In this document: in pieces, positions 9,283 through 17,735 of the stretch
How positions within the stretch are numbered: the stretch's first letter is position 1
Layout of the letters: each line of letters opens with the position of its first letter
Virus record (IMG/VR): IMGVR_UViG_3300045303_000150
Coordinates: 1 to 57,035 of that record
Source of the DNA: a virus
Taxonomy: Duplodnaviria > Caudoviricetes
Direction: 5' to 3' (one strand)
Length of the DNA: 57,035 nt
Position numbers and translations under genes: made by a program
Notes under the pieces: model-generated
The model's input: the letters and a program-made list of their open reading frames with translations, nothing else
Told to the model about the DNA's origin: nothing
Databases searched by the model: none

Positions 9283-9708
9283 GTGCGCAAGCTGATCGTC
9301 ATCGGGGCCACCGGGGGCAAGTGCCCGGACGAGGTCACGGAGATCGTGAAGAACCGGCTGCACGAACGCTGGCCGGACCACGTCCTGTACGCGGACGACC
9401 GCGAGCAGGCCTACGAAATGATCGACAAGGAGGACGAGCCGCCGATTCTGGCCTACGCGCCTGGCGTCTTCGGCGACGCCGTCGCCGGAGCCAAGATGTC
9501 CCCCAAGATCTGGACCGGGGAACCGCAGGTCATCCTGACCACCACCGGCCAGCCGTCGGAGTGGCACAAGACCACGGACCCCCGTCAGTTCCTGGAAGGC
9601 GCAATGCTCATGCTGGGCGTCCACACGCCCGCCCTGAACATCGAGAACGACACCGCGCTGGAGCTGATCGGCATGTTCCTCGCGGGTTCCGAAGCCCTCA
9701 CCTCGTGA
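9283..9708 (+). CDS. hypothetical protein
   Basis: GTG start after RBS; GC3-rich codons. Confidence 0.8.
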   Translation: MRKLIVIGATGGKCPDEVTEIVKNRLHERWPDHVLYADDREQAYEMIDKEDEPPILAYAPGVFGDAVAGAKMSPKIWTGEPQVILTTTGQPSEWHKTTDPRQFLEGAMLMLGVHTPALNIENDTALELIGMFLAGSEALTS

Positions 9709-9908
9709 CCACCGGTCAGATCGCCTGGACCGCCGTGTACGCCGTCGCGCTCATCCTGATGTTCCCCGCGTACTTCCTCGATTGGACGTGGGGGCTTCCC
9801 AGCCCGCAGTACCTCCAGGCGGCGCTGATGGTGGCCGCCATGCTGGCAGGTGGCATCGCTGGCCTGCTCATTGAGACCCGACCTAAGAAAGGACGGCACC
9901 GCCGATGA
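9705..9908 (+). CDS. small membrane protein
   Basis: GTGA overlap; two hydrophobic helices, basic tail. Confidence 0.7.
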   Translation: MTTGQIAWTAVYAVALILMFPAYFLDWTWGLPSPQYLQAALMVAAMLAGGIAGLLIETRPKKGRHRR

Positions 9909-10060
9909 ACCCCCTGGAGAACTGTTGGTGGGCGCTGAGGGATGCACTCTCGCGCGCCGCTGACAAGATCGAATGGTTCCTGCGCGGAATCACCGGAGCC
10001 TGCCGCGAATGCGGCCGCCGCCGTGGCTCGCACAAGCTCGATTGCGGGGCGGGCCGGTGA
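9905..10060 (+). CDS. small Cys/His protein (51 aa)
   Basis: ATGA overlap; CREC...HKLDC motif; below ORF-track cutoff. Confidence 0.6.
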   Translation: MNPLENCWWALRDALSRAADKIEWFLRGITGACRECGRRRGSHKLDCGAGR

Positions 10061-10386
10061 TCGAGGCACGCATGGATCCGCACCTGAACGAATGCCGCTC
10101 GTGCGAACTGAAGGTGGTCTGGGCGGACGACGCAAAGACTCAGGGCGTTCGGTTCCCGCTGGACGCGGACATGGACGCGTCGCAGGAGAAGGGCAACATC
10201 GTGCTGTCCACCGGCGCGGACGGCGACCTGAAGGCCAGCTATCCCAGCGTCGGCCAGCTCGCCGGTATGCAGCGCGCCGGGCTGGTGCTGTACGCCCACC
10301 ACGCGCTCACGTGCCCTCGGAAGGACGAGTGGTACCAGGTCAAGAAGCACGGCAAGGCGACTCGGAAGGTGAGTGCGAAGCGATGA
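10057..10386 (+). CDS. hypothetical Zn-binding protein
   Basis: CRSC...V.WA, PLDAD, GNI.L, Y..H..TCP motifs; GTGA overlap. Confidence 0.75.
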   Translation: MIEARMDPHLNECRSCELKVVWADDAKTQGVRFPLDADMDASQEKGNIVLSTGADGDLKASYPSVGQLAGMQRAGLVLYAHHALTCPRKDEWYQVKKHGKATRKVSAKR

Positions 10387-10682
10387 ACAGGCCGACCATC
10401 GCGCCCCGCGTGGCGCGCCTCCTGCTGGAAATGCGCGCCGACGAAGCCCGCGATCTGGAGCGCGGCATCCGCCGTAGCGAGCTCGTGAGCGAGGTCCAGA
10501 AGTGGGTCACGCGGAACAACCGGCGCAGTCTCGCTAGCGGCTACGTGCGCGTGTTGGTGCGCCGCCTGGAGGCGACCGGCCACGGCCGCCAGGAAGGCAA
10601 GTACATCGTGATCGTGGACTGGTCCGATATCGAGTTCAACGCCGCGTTCCCGGACGACTGGAAGGCCGAGGTGACCGCATGA
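10383..10682 (+). CDS. hypothetical, possible winged-helix DNA-binding protein
   Basis: ATGA overlap; basic helices followed by LE..G and a beta hairpin. Confidence 0.6.
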   Translation: MNRPTIAPRVARLLLEMRADEARDLERGIRRSELVSEVQKWVTRNNRRSLASGYVRVLVRRLEATGHGRQEGKYIVIVDWSDIEFNAAFPDDWKAEVTA

Positions 10683-10903
10683 GCGAGCGCGCTGAGGAGC
10701 TGAAGATCTTGACTGGTCAGGCTCAGCACATTCAGACCATGGTCGAAAAGATCCGTCCGATGTTCCCGGACTTCGGCTATTCGTTCGCGGCGACCGGGAG
10801 CGCGGCGCAGAACCTGGTTCGCCAGCTGACTGAATTCGTTGAGGTGGTGGCCGAGTTGGACGCGCTGGTCGAGAAGCACGGGAAGCCGCATGGAAACACC
10901 TGA
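10679..10903 (+). CDS. hypothetical protein
   Basis: ATGA overlap, GAGGTG RBS. Confidence 0.65.
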   Translation: MSERAEELKILTGQAQHIQTMVEKIRPMFPDFGYSFAATGSAAQNLVRQLTEFVEVVAELDALVEKHGKPHGNT

Positions 10904-11132
10904 AGCGATCGTGGCCCGCATGGGGCCCGGAGAGATCCGGGCCCTGGCGGTGGCCGCCGTCGCGCTCGCCCAGGCGCAAGAGATTTCCCTGCCTGGCGTG
11001 AGTCATCGCGAGCACGTGCACGGGGTGATCCGTGGCAGCGCGCCGACGTTCTACAGCCACCTGGCTCGTCTGCTGCACACGGTGGCCGTCTTCCGTTCCA
11101 GGCAGGGTGCGCCCGCACGGCGGCGCGCATAG
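10890..11132 (+). CDS. hypothetical protein
   Basis: ATG 10890 overlapping the previous gene; fills the gap before the capsid leader. Confidence 0.5.
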   Translation: METPEAIVARMGPGEIRALAVAAVALAQAQEISLPGVSHREHVHGVIRGSAPTFYSHLARLLHTVAVFRSRQGAPARRRA

Positions 11133-11140
11133 CAAGAATC

Positions 11141-11313
11141 ACGGGGGTTTTAACCCCCGTAAGTCGGGGAGCCCTACGCGGGGCAAGCAGTACTGTCTTC
11201 CGCGTAGGGCTCCTTGGCGTTAGCGGTCTAACTGCTCGTGCCACGGCGAGACGCCTAGCGTCGGCCAACCGTTGCCCCGGCATTGACCACTGACAAGAGG
11301 GAAGGATCTTTCG
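11141..11313 (+). promoter_or_regulatory. structured intergenic region / 5' leader of the major capsid gene
   Basis: Hairpins 11141-11160 and 11168-11213, four-way junction 11214-11268, possible -10 TACTGT 11191, RBS GAGGGAAGGA. Confidence 0.6.
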
Positions 11314-13005
11314 ATGAACATCGAAGAGATCATGGCCCGCCTTGCTGAGGCGACCGCCGACGAGCTGAGCGAAGCTCTCGCGGCCATCAAGCAGGAGGCC
11401 CAGGGAGTCGGCACCGAGTCGACTCTCGCCAACGTCGAGAAGCTGGAGAAGCTTCGCGACGCCCGCAACGCCGTGCTGGCCGAGATCGGCAACCGCGAGC
11501 AGCTCGCGGCCCGCCTCGACTCCGCACGCGGCGAGTTCACCGAGGAACCGACCGAGGTTCCCGACGAGCCGACCGAAGTTCCGACCGAGCCGGAGACCGA
11601 GGTTTCCGAGGTCGAGACCGAGCCGGAGACCGAGGACACCGTGACCGCGTCCGCGAAGCTGGGCAGCATCACCAAGGCCGCCAAGGCGAAGACCGCTCCG
11701 GCGGCCCGCGTCACCGGCGGTACCGTGACCGCCGTGACCCGCTCGACCGGCGCGACCGCGACCGTCCCGCTGGGCGTTCAGTTCTCGCGTGACGCCCTGA
11801 TGGACGCCCTGGTCGAGAAGCACAACGCGATCAGCAAGTCGACCGTGAGCGGCCGTCAGACCGTCGCCCGGATCGAGTTCTCCTACCCGGAGTCGCGCCA
11901 GCTCTCCAGTGACGTGTCCGCGTCGGTGAATACCCGCCGCATCCAGGACGCGGCTGGCCCGGAAGCCATCACGGCCGCCGGTGGCCTGTGCGCCCCGCTG
12001 GAAACCCTGTACGACATCAACGTGCTGGGCGTCACCTCGCGCCCAGTGCGTGACGCGCTCTCACGCTTCCAGGTCGACCGTGGCGGCATCCAGTTCCGCC
12101 TGCCCATGGACGCCCTGGTCATGCCCGCCGGTCTGGGTGTGTGGACCGCCGCCGACGACGCGGCCGTCTCGAACCCGCCGGACGGTACCCCCGAGAAGAC
12201 CTGCGCCGTGATCGAGTGCCCCGGCGTGGTCACCTCGATCGTGGACGCGATCTACCTGTGCCTCCAGTACCCGAACTTCACGGCTCGATTCGACCGTGAA
12301 TGGGTGGACGCCACCACTCGCGCCGCGATGGTCGCGCACGCCCGCTTCGCAGAGAACCGCCTCCTGGCGAAGCTGTTCACCGGCTCCAAGCTCCTGACCG
12401 CCGCCAAGGTCGTTTCGGCCGTTCGCGACGTGCTGGTGAACCTGGACAAGACGATCGCGTACTACCGCAACCGTCACCGCCTGGACAGCATGGTTCCGCT
12501 CCGCTTCATCCTGCCCCGCTGGGTGCTGGACCTGTTCCGCGCGGACATCGCTCGCGGTCTCGCCACGGCGCACGACCTGAGCGCCCTGGGCGTCGCGGAC
12601 ACCACGATCATGTCGTGGTTCCGGGCCCGCAACGTCAACGTGACGTTCCACCTGGACGGCCTGCCGTTCGACGACCCGACCGACAACCCGGACGTGGTCG
12701 ACGCGGACGACATCCCGCAGCAGTTCTACGACAACGCGGCCGCGTTCTCTGCCATCCCGCCCTTCATCAACAAGATCGACTCGGTCCTGTTCGCGGAAGG
12801 CGACTGGCTGTTCCTGGACGGCGGCACGCTCGACCTAGGCCTGGTGCGTGACAGCACGCTGAACCGCACCAACCGCTACCAGACCTTCGTCGAATCGTGG
12901 GAAGGCGCGGCCTTCAACGGCATCGAGTCGCTTCGCCTGGTGATGGAGGTCCAGCCCACGGGCTCGATCGTCGGCACCATCGACGGCTCCGCGCTGGTCG
13001 ACTGA
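11314..13005 (+). CDS. major capsid (hexamer) protein with N-terminal scaffold-like region
   Basis: Coiled coil plus EPTE repeats, then ITAAGG.CAP.E..YD, RGGI.F, GGTLDLGLVRDS.LN..N.Y..F.E motifs like cluster B-type mycobacteriophage capsids. Confidence 0.85.
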   Translation: MNIEEIMARLAEATADELSEALAAIKQEAQGVGTESTLANVEKLEKLRDARNAVLAEIGNREQLAARLDSARGEFTEEPTEVPDEPTEVPTEPETEVSEVETEPETEDTVTASAKLGSITKAAKAKTAPAARVTGGTVTAVTRSTGATATVPLGVQFSRDALMDALVEKHNAISKSTVSGRQTVARIEFSYPESRQLSSDVSASVNTRRIQDAAGPEAITAAGGLCAPLETLYDINVLGVTSRPVRDALSRFQVDRGGIQFRLPMDALVMPAGLGVWTAADDAAVSNPPDGTPEKTCAVIECPGVVTSIVDAIYLCLQYPNFTARFDREWVDATTRAAMVAHARFAENRLLAKLFTGSKLLTAAKVVSAVRDVLVNLDKTIAYYRNRHRLDSMVPLRFILPRWVLDLFRADIARGLATAHDLSALGVADTTIMSWFRARNVNVTFHLDGLPFDDPTDNPDVVDADDIPQQFYDNAAAFSAIPPFINKIDSVLFAEGDWLFLDGGTLDLGLVRDSTLNRTNRYQTFVESWEGAAFNGIESLRLVMEVQPTGSIVGTIDGSALVD

Positions 13006-13017
13006 TCCGTCTGATGT

Positions 13018-13050
13018 GGGGTACGGCCCATCACGAGGGGGCCGTACCCC
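13018..13050 (+). terminator. hairpin after major capsid gene
   Basis: GGGGTACGGCCC / GGGCCGTACCCC. Confidence 0.65.
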
Positions 13051-13072
13051 TCTCCCAAGTTAGGAGGACATC

Positions 13073-13882
13073 GTGACGATCATTGCGCCAATCGAGGCAA
13101 TCCCGGCGGCCGCGCCGAACGTTGGCCTGCTCTCGTCTGCACGTCGCCCGAACGACGGCGCGCGGTGGGAAGGCGGCTTCGCATGGCGGCCGGAGCGCTG
13201 CATCACCACCCAGGGCTTCAGCCCGTGCACCAACCCGGACGCGCCGGACTTCATCGCTGACGGCGGTGGGGTCCAGTACCACGTTCCGGTTGGCTATCGG
13301 GTGCGCGACTACTGCACGACCATCGGCGGCCAGCTGGACGAGGACCGTGTCCGGCGGCAGGCCGAAGCGGTCGCCAGCTACGAGATCGCGCACGAGCTTT
13401 GGACCGGCGAGATCAGCGCGGCGGACCCCGTCACCATCGAGGGGTCGCCGTTCGTCAACCCGCACCTGGCCAGCACCGACGCCACCACCGTGGTCGGTAC
13501 CGGCACGTTCGCGGAACGGCTGGGCCAGCTGGAGGAAGCCGCGCGCGTCGCGGCCAAGGGCCAGCAGGTCTTCCTTCACGTGCCGATCCACCTCATCACG
13601 CCGGTGGCGAACCTGCTGATTCGTCGCGGCGAGGCGCTCTACACGGCGCTGGATTCGGTGGTGGTTGCTGACGCGGGCTACATCGGCACCAGCCCGGCGG
13701 GCGCGGCCGGTGAATGGATGTATGCGACCGGTCCGGTGGCCGTGCGCATGACGCCGGTGGAAGTCGAATTCGATCCGGCGGAAACGATTGACCGTCGAAT
13801 CAACCGGCAGGAGATCTGGGCTGACCGCCTTTTTGCGGCCTACTTTGATCCCTGCGTGCACTTGGCCATGGACACGGCCTAG
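13073..13882 (+). CDS. probable capsid pentamer (vertex) protein
   Basis: Directly after the capsid gene; GLLS, RW.GG, E..LW.G, V..D.GY, WMYATGPV, N......A.R motifs; ~270 aa. Confidence 0.65.
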   Translation: MTIIAPIEAIPAAAPNVGLLSSARRPNDGARWEGGFAWRPERCITTQGFSPCTNPDAPDFIADGGGVQYHVPVGYRVRDYCTTIGGQLDEDRVRRQAEAVASYEIAHELWTGEISAADPVTIEGSPFVNPHLASTDATTVVGTGTFAERLGQLEEAARVAAKGQQVFLHVPIHLITPVANLLIRRGEALYTALDSVVVADAGYIGTSPAGAAGEWMYATGPVAVRMTPVEVEFDPAETIDRRINRQEIWADRLFAAYFDPCVHLAMDTA

Positions 13883-13902
13883 GACAAGGAGGAGAAAACG
13901 CA

Positions 13903-14802
13903 ATGGCGTACAACGGCGCAGGAAGCCTCTTTGCCCTGGGCATGAGGATGACCAAGCTCGACCAGAACGGCAACCCGTTGGTCGGGGCTCGCAACTCGTA
14001 CACCACCGACTCGCTGATTCAGGCGCAGCTCGGTCTGGAATACGAGGATGGCGACGAAATCGTTCAGAAGAACGGTGCTGGCATCATTTGCCTGACCTAC
14101 AAGGCAAATGACAGCCTGAAGCGCGGCACCATTTCGGGGCTCCAGGTGTGCTCGCCGGACCCGAACGTTCTTCAGTTCGCGATCGGTGGCCGCGTGCTGG
14201 AGCGCGGCGCGAACCAGGTCGGCTACGCCGCGCCTGAGGTGGGCAGCGACCCGAACCCCAACGGCTTCTCGTTGGAGTTGTGGACGCGCGCGATCATCGA
14301 CGGCGCTTTCGCGGGGTATTTCTGGTGGGTCATCCCGCGTGCGAACCTTCGCCCGTCGGGTGACTGGACGCTGTCGGGTGCGGACCCGCTGGTTCCCGAG
14401 TTCGAGGGCACCGCGACCCAGAACCCGAACTGGCTGGACGGGCCGAACAACGATTGGGAGTTCGCTTCCGATCGCGTGTGGCAGTTCGTTCAGGTCGACA
14501 CGTTGCCGGACTTGACCCCCGCTTTCCACGCGGTCGTGGCCAACCCGGTGGTTGCCTCCCTCGCGGTCACTCCGGACCCCGGAGCGGCGGCCGTGGGCGG
14601 CACTCAGCAGATGGTTGCCACCGCGACGCTCACCCCGAGCGGCACGAAGATCGTCACGAACGCCGCCACCTGGGCGTCCAGCGACGAGACCAAGGCGACC
14701 GTTTCCCAGGCTGGTCTGGTCACCGGCGTCGCACCCGGCACCGCGAACATTTCCGCGACGTACGCGGGCCAGACGGACACCGTGGTCACCACCATCACGT
14801 AG
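13903..14802 (+). CDS. major tail protein with C-terminal Ig-like (Big_2) domain
   Basis: R.T.LD..G, E..QKN..G..C, F.LELW.R; C-terminal ATW.SSD...ATVS..GLVTGVA.G.A.I.AT. Confidence 0.85.
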   Translation: MAYNGAGSLFALGMRMTKLDQNGNPLVGARNSYTTDSLIQAQLGLEYEDGDEIVQKNGAGIICLTYKANDSLKRGTISGLQVCSPDPNVLQFAIGGRVLERGANQVGYAAPEVGSDPNPNGFSLELWTRAIIDGAFAGYFWWVIPRANLRPSGDWTLSGADPLVPEFEGTATQNPNWLDGPNNDWEFASDRVWQFVQVDTLPDLTPAFHAVVANPVVASLAVTPDPGAAAVGGTQQMVATATLTPSGTKIVTNAATWASSDETKATVSQAGLVTGVAPGTANISATYAGQTDTVVTTIT

Positions 14803-14810
14803 TCCGAATC

Positions 14811-14870
14811 GACCCTGAGGACGCGGGGCAGACCCCTCGCACGAGGGCAGACCCTCGCGTCCTCGGGGTT
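14811..14870 (+). terminator. long hairpin after major tail gene
   Basis: GACCCTGAGGACGCG / CGCGTCCTCGGGGTT enclosing two GGGCAGACCC copies. Confidence 0.6.
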
Positions 14871-14925
14871 GCAGGCCACTCGCCTAGAGTGGATGGGTGA
14901 TGAACGCATCGGCAGGAGAGACCCC

Positions 14926-15738
14926 ATGACAGCACCGGACCCCGTGGATGTGTCCCCCGCACCGCGTTCGTCTGTGCTGTGCGCGCCATGGGCGACTCCT
15001 GCCGATGTGCCCGAAACCCGCCGCCCTCTCCTCTCCAACGAGGAGTGGGAAGTCAAGCTCATGCAGGCGTCGGAGATCCTCTTCTACCTCTCCGGCCGCC
15101 GCTTCTACGGCGGCGACTGCACGGAGACCGTGACGCTGCGCTCGCGGCCGCCAGCACCCGGCACCGGCTCGTGGCCCTACCACGCATCGTGGGGTGACTG
15201 CTCCTGCTGGAGCCTGGGCAGCATCATCGACTCCTGGCTGTACCCGCCGCCGTCCGGCCTGTACTCGGGGAACCACTACCGCGCGATGGCGATTCAGCTT
15301 CCGCGCGCGCCGGTCACCCAGATCACGGCCGTGTTGCAGAACGGCGTGCCGTTCACTGACTTCCGCGTGACTCGCTCCGGCTACCTGGAGCGCACCGACG
15401 GCGGAAGCTGGAATGTCTGCGACGACTCGACCGCCGTCACCTACAAGTTCGGCAACCCGCCGCCGGAGAGCGGCGTTCAGGCGGCCGTCGAACTCGCCAT
15501 CCAGTTTGCGCTGGCGGAAGCTGGCGACTCGGAATGCATGCTTCCTCAGCGCGTCCAGTCCGTCACCCGGCAGGGCATCACGATGACCGTGCTCGATCCG
15601 CAGGAGTTCCTGAAGGACGGCCGCACGGGCATCTACTTTGTGGATCTCTTCCTGGCCTCGGTTAACCCCTTGTCCAGGGGTCAACGTGCTAGGGTGTGGT
15701 CGCCGGATATCCCGTCTACCAGCAGGCAGGCACCATGA
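14926..15738 (+). CDS. head-to-tail adaptor
   Basis: AS.IL..LSGRR, LPQRV.SVTRQG.T, GRTG...VDLFL...NP motifs; GGAGAG RBS. Confidence 0.75.
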   Translation: MTAPDPVDVSPAPRSSVLCAPWATPADVPETRRPLLSNEEWEVKLMQASEILFYLSGRRFYGGDCTETVTLRSRPPAPGTGSWPYHASWGDCSCWSLGSIIDSWLYPPPSGLYSGNHYRAMAIQLPRAPVTQITAVLQNGVPFTDFRVTRSGYLERTDGGSWNVCDDSTAVTYKFGNPPPESGVQAAVELAIQFALAEAGDSECMLPQRVQSVTRQGITMTVLDPQEFLKDGRTGIYFVDLFLASVNPLSRGQRARVWSPDIPSTSRQAP

Positions 15739-15962
15739 GCCACGACCCGTACGCCCCCATTGGCCAGCCGCTGAACGCCAGCACGAGCGGCCGCACGCCG
15801 GACGTGGTCATCGTGGATGACCCGCCCGCAGAGACTCCCGACTCTGCGCCGGTGGCTGAACCCGCCGCTGAGCCCACGAGCGACGCGCCAGCGGCCCTGA
15901 CTCCTGAAGAGGAGCTGGCCGCACAGCTGGCCGCCCTGGACGCGCTGCGCGAGTCGGAATGA
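15735..15962 (+). CDS. small acidic Pro/Ala-rich protein
   Basis: ATGA overlaps at both ends. Confidence 0.65.
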   Translation: MSHDPYAPIGQPLNASTSGRTPDVVIVDDPPAETPDSAPVAEPAAEPTSDAPAALTPEEELAAQLAALDALRESE

Positions 15963-16495
15963 CGGGGCCGCTCGGTAAGCGGATCTCCGTGGCCGAACTC
16001 GGCCTGGCCATCCTGGCGGGCGTCCAGGAGCACTACGCCGCGTCCGACCTGACGTTGCCGGACCGGCAGTACCTCGCGCCCGGCAACCCGGAAGAGGTCG
16101 CGTGGGACTGCGAACAGCTTGTGGTCGCGCTGACCGGGATCGGGTGGGGGCAGGCTGAAGACCAGTCGTCGCTGGCCCCCAAGCCGGGCGCTCAGGTGTC
16201 CGTCAACGCGCTGCGCCACGCCATCTTCTCCGTGCAGATCGTGCGCTGTACGCCCAAGCCAGAGGGCAGGAACGCCACCTTTCCGACCGTCGAAGCAGTT
16301 CACGAAGCAGGCATCGTGTTCATGCAGGACGCTGGCATGATTTCCCAGGCACTGGTAGTGATCGCGTCGCGCATGCGCCAAGGACTGTCCGGCTCCGGCC
16401 TGGTGGAACCTGGCGTGGTCAACATGATCGGCCCCTCTGGTGGCCTGCACGCGGTTGAAGGGACCATCGCGATCACGTCGGGAGTTCTGACGTGA
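15959..16495 (+). CDS. neck/tail completion (tail terminator-like) protein
   Basis: AWDC.QL.V, V.I.RC.P, GP.GG motifs; position in the neck module. Confidence 0.65.
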   Translation: MTGPLGKRISVAELGLAILAGVQEHYAASDLTLPDRQYLAPGNPEEVAWDCEQLVVALTGIGWGQAEDQSSLAPKPGAQVSVNALRHAIFSVQIVRCTPKPEGRNATFPTVEAVHEAGIVFMQDAGMISQALVVIASRMRQGLSGSGLVEPGVVNMIGPSGGLHAVEGTIAITSGVLT

Positions 16496-16911
16496 CGCTG
16501 AAGTTCAAGCTGGCCAACCTGGATGTGAAGCTGTACCCCGGGGAGCCGGGGCTGTTCGTGCGCGACCCGGACGGCCCCGTGATTCGCGACCTGCGCCGCC
16601 GCATGACGCGCGCGAAGGCCGGAGCCCAGCGCATGGTGCGCAAGCGCACTGGCCGCCTGTTCGCCAGCATCCGCATGAACGACACCTTCACCAAGCGCGG
16701 CCCCATCGTCGAAGTGCTGGCCGGTGGACGCGGCTTCAAGTACACGATGGTGGAGCACGACGGCTCGCCGCCGCACATCATCCGCGCCCGGTTCAAGAAG
16801 TCCCTACGCTTCCAGGTCGCCGGTCAGACCGTCTTCCGCAAGCAAGTCCGCCACCCTGGCACGACCGGGACCAAGTTCCTGGAGCGCGCGTTGCCACTCG
16901 CTGGCGGCTGA
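16492..16911 (+). CDS. HK97 gp10-like neck protein
   Basis: RTGRL..SI, PH.IR, LRF...G..VF.K.V.HPGT...FL.RAL. Confidence 0.75.
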   Translation: MTLKFKLANLDVKLYPGEPGLFVRDPDGPVIRDLRRRMTRAKAGAQRMVRKRTGRLFASIRMNDTFTKRGPIVEVLAGGRGFKYTMVEHDGSPPHIIRARFKKSLRFQVAGQTVFRKQVRHPGTTGTKFLERALPLAGG

Positions 16912-16937
16912 TTCACCACCCACAGGAGAGATCGCCC

Positions 16938-17456
16938 ATGAAAAGCTTCGGCTCGCACACCCCGAAACCACCCGTCCGCGAACCGTTCCAGCTGAAGTAC
17001 CTCAGCGAGGACGGCGAGCCTCGCGTCTTCGATGGCCAGGTGGCCGCCGTCGCCAACGGGGCCGCGCTCACGTCCGTCATGCACTCGCTGCGCACGGACA
17101 ATGACGACGCCGTGGATCGCATCATGAACCTGCTGCTCCGGCAGATGGACGACAAGGACGGCCTGGTCAGCGTCAAGTGGCAGCCCATCGAGCTGGCGAA
17201 GCCGGTGGACCTGGACGACGATGAGCTGGCCGAGTTCGAGCCGTCCTACCGTGGCCCGGACGGCGAGATCTACCCGTTCAGCGACGCCGAGAAGCTGGAC
17301 TCCTGGAAGGATCCGTCCAGGTGGTCGACGCGCCGCCGGTGGCTGCACCTCATGCGCGAGGATGATGACGCCGTCATCGACGTGGACGACCTGATCAAGG
17401 TGCTCGAATGGGCCATCGGGCTGGCGTCTGAACGCCCTACGCCACCGCGTACCTGA
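16938..17456 (+). CDS. tail assembly chaperone
   Basis: Upstream of the tape measure gene; ends ...W.....ERPT. Confidence 0.75.
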   Translation: MKSFGSHTPKPPVREPFQLKYLSEDGEPRVFDGQVAAVANGAALTSVMHSLRTDNDDAVDRIMNLLLRQMDDKDGLVSVKWQPIELAKPVDLDDDELAEFEPSYRGPDGEIYPFSDAEKLDSWKDPSRWSTRRRWLHLMREDDDAVIDVDDLIKVLEWAIGLASERPTPPRT

Positions 17457-17716
17457 TCTCCAGGTTCGCGGTAGAAGGCGAGTACGCCACGTACGTCCGG
17501 GGCAAGCTGGTGCTGGCAGGCATTGACTCGCGGGTGCCTCTCGCTACCTGGCTGGACGCCGTGTATGCCATCGTCGCAGAAGCCCCGCACTCGATCCTTG
17601 GTCCGCTGGAAGACCAGCTCACGATCCACTCAGGACGCATCCGGCCGGACCGGGAGACGTGGGGTATGTCTCCGGAGCAAATCCGGATGCAGAACAGGCT
17701 GACAGGGCAGCACTAG
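17435..17716 (+). CDS. tail assembly chaperone extension, probably reached by -1 frameshift
   Basis: -1 frame is open from 17432; no RBS; CGC-CCT-A candidate slip site. Confidence 0.55.
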   Translation, partial: PYATAYLISRFAVEGEYATYVRGKLVLAGIDSRVPLATWLDAVYAIVAEAPHSILGPLEDQLTIHSGRIRPDRETWGMSPEQIRMQNRLTGQH

Positions 17717-17735
17717 CGCAGGAGGGAAGGCGGAC

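Noticed and set aside
11540..11640. Tandem EPTE-coding repeats in the capsid gene
   Set aside because: Ordinary low-complexity linker between scaffold-like and capsid domains
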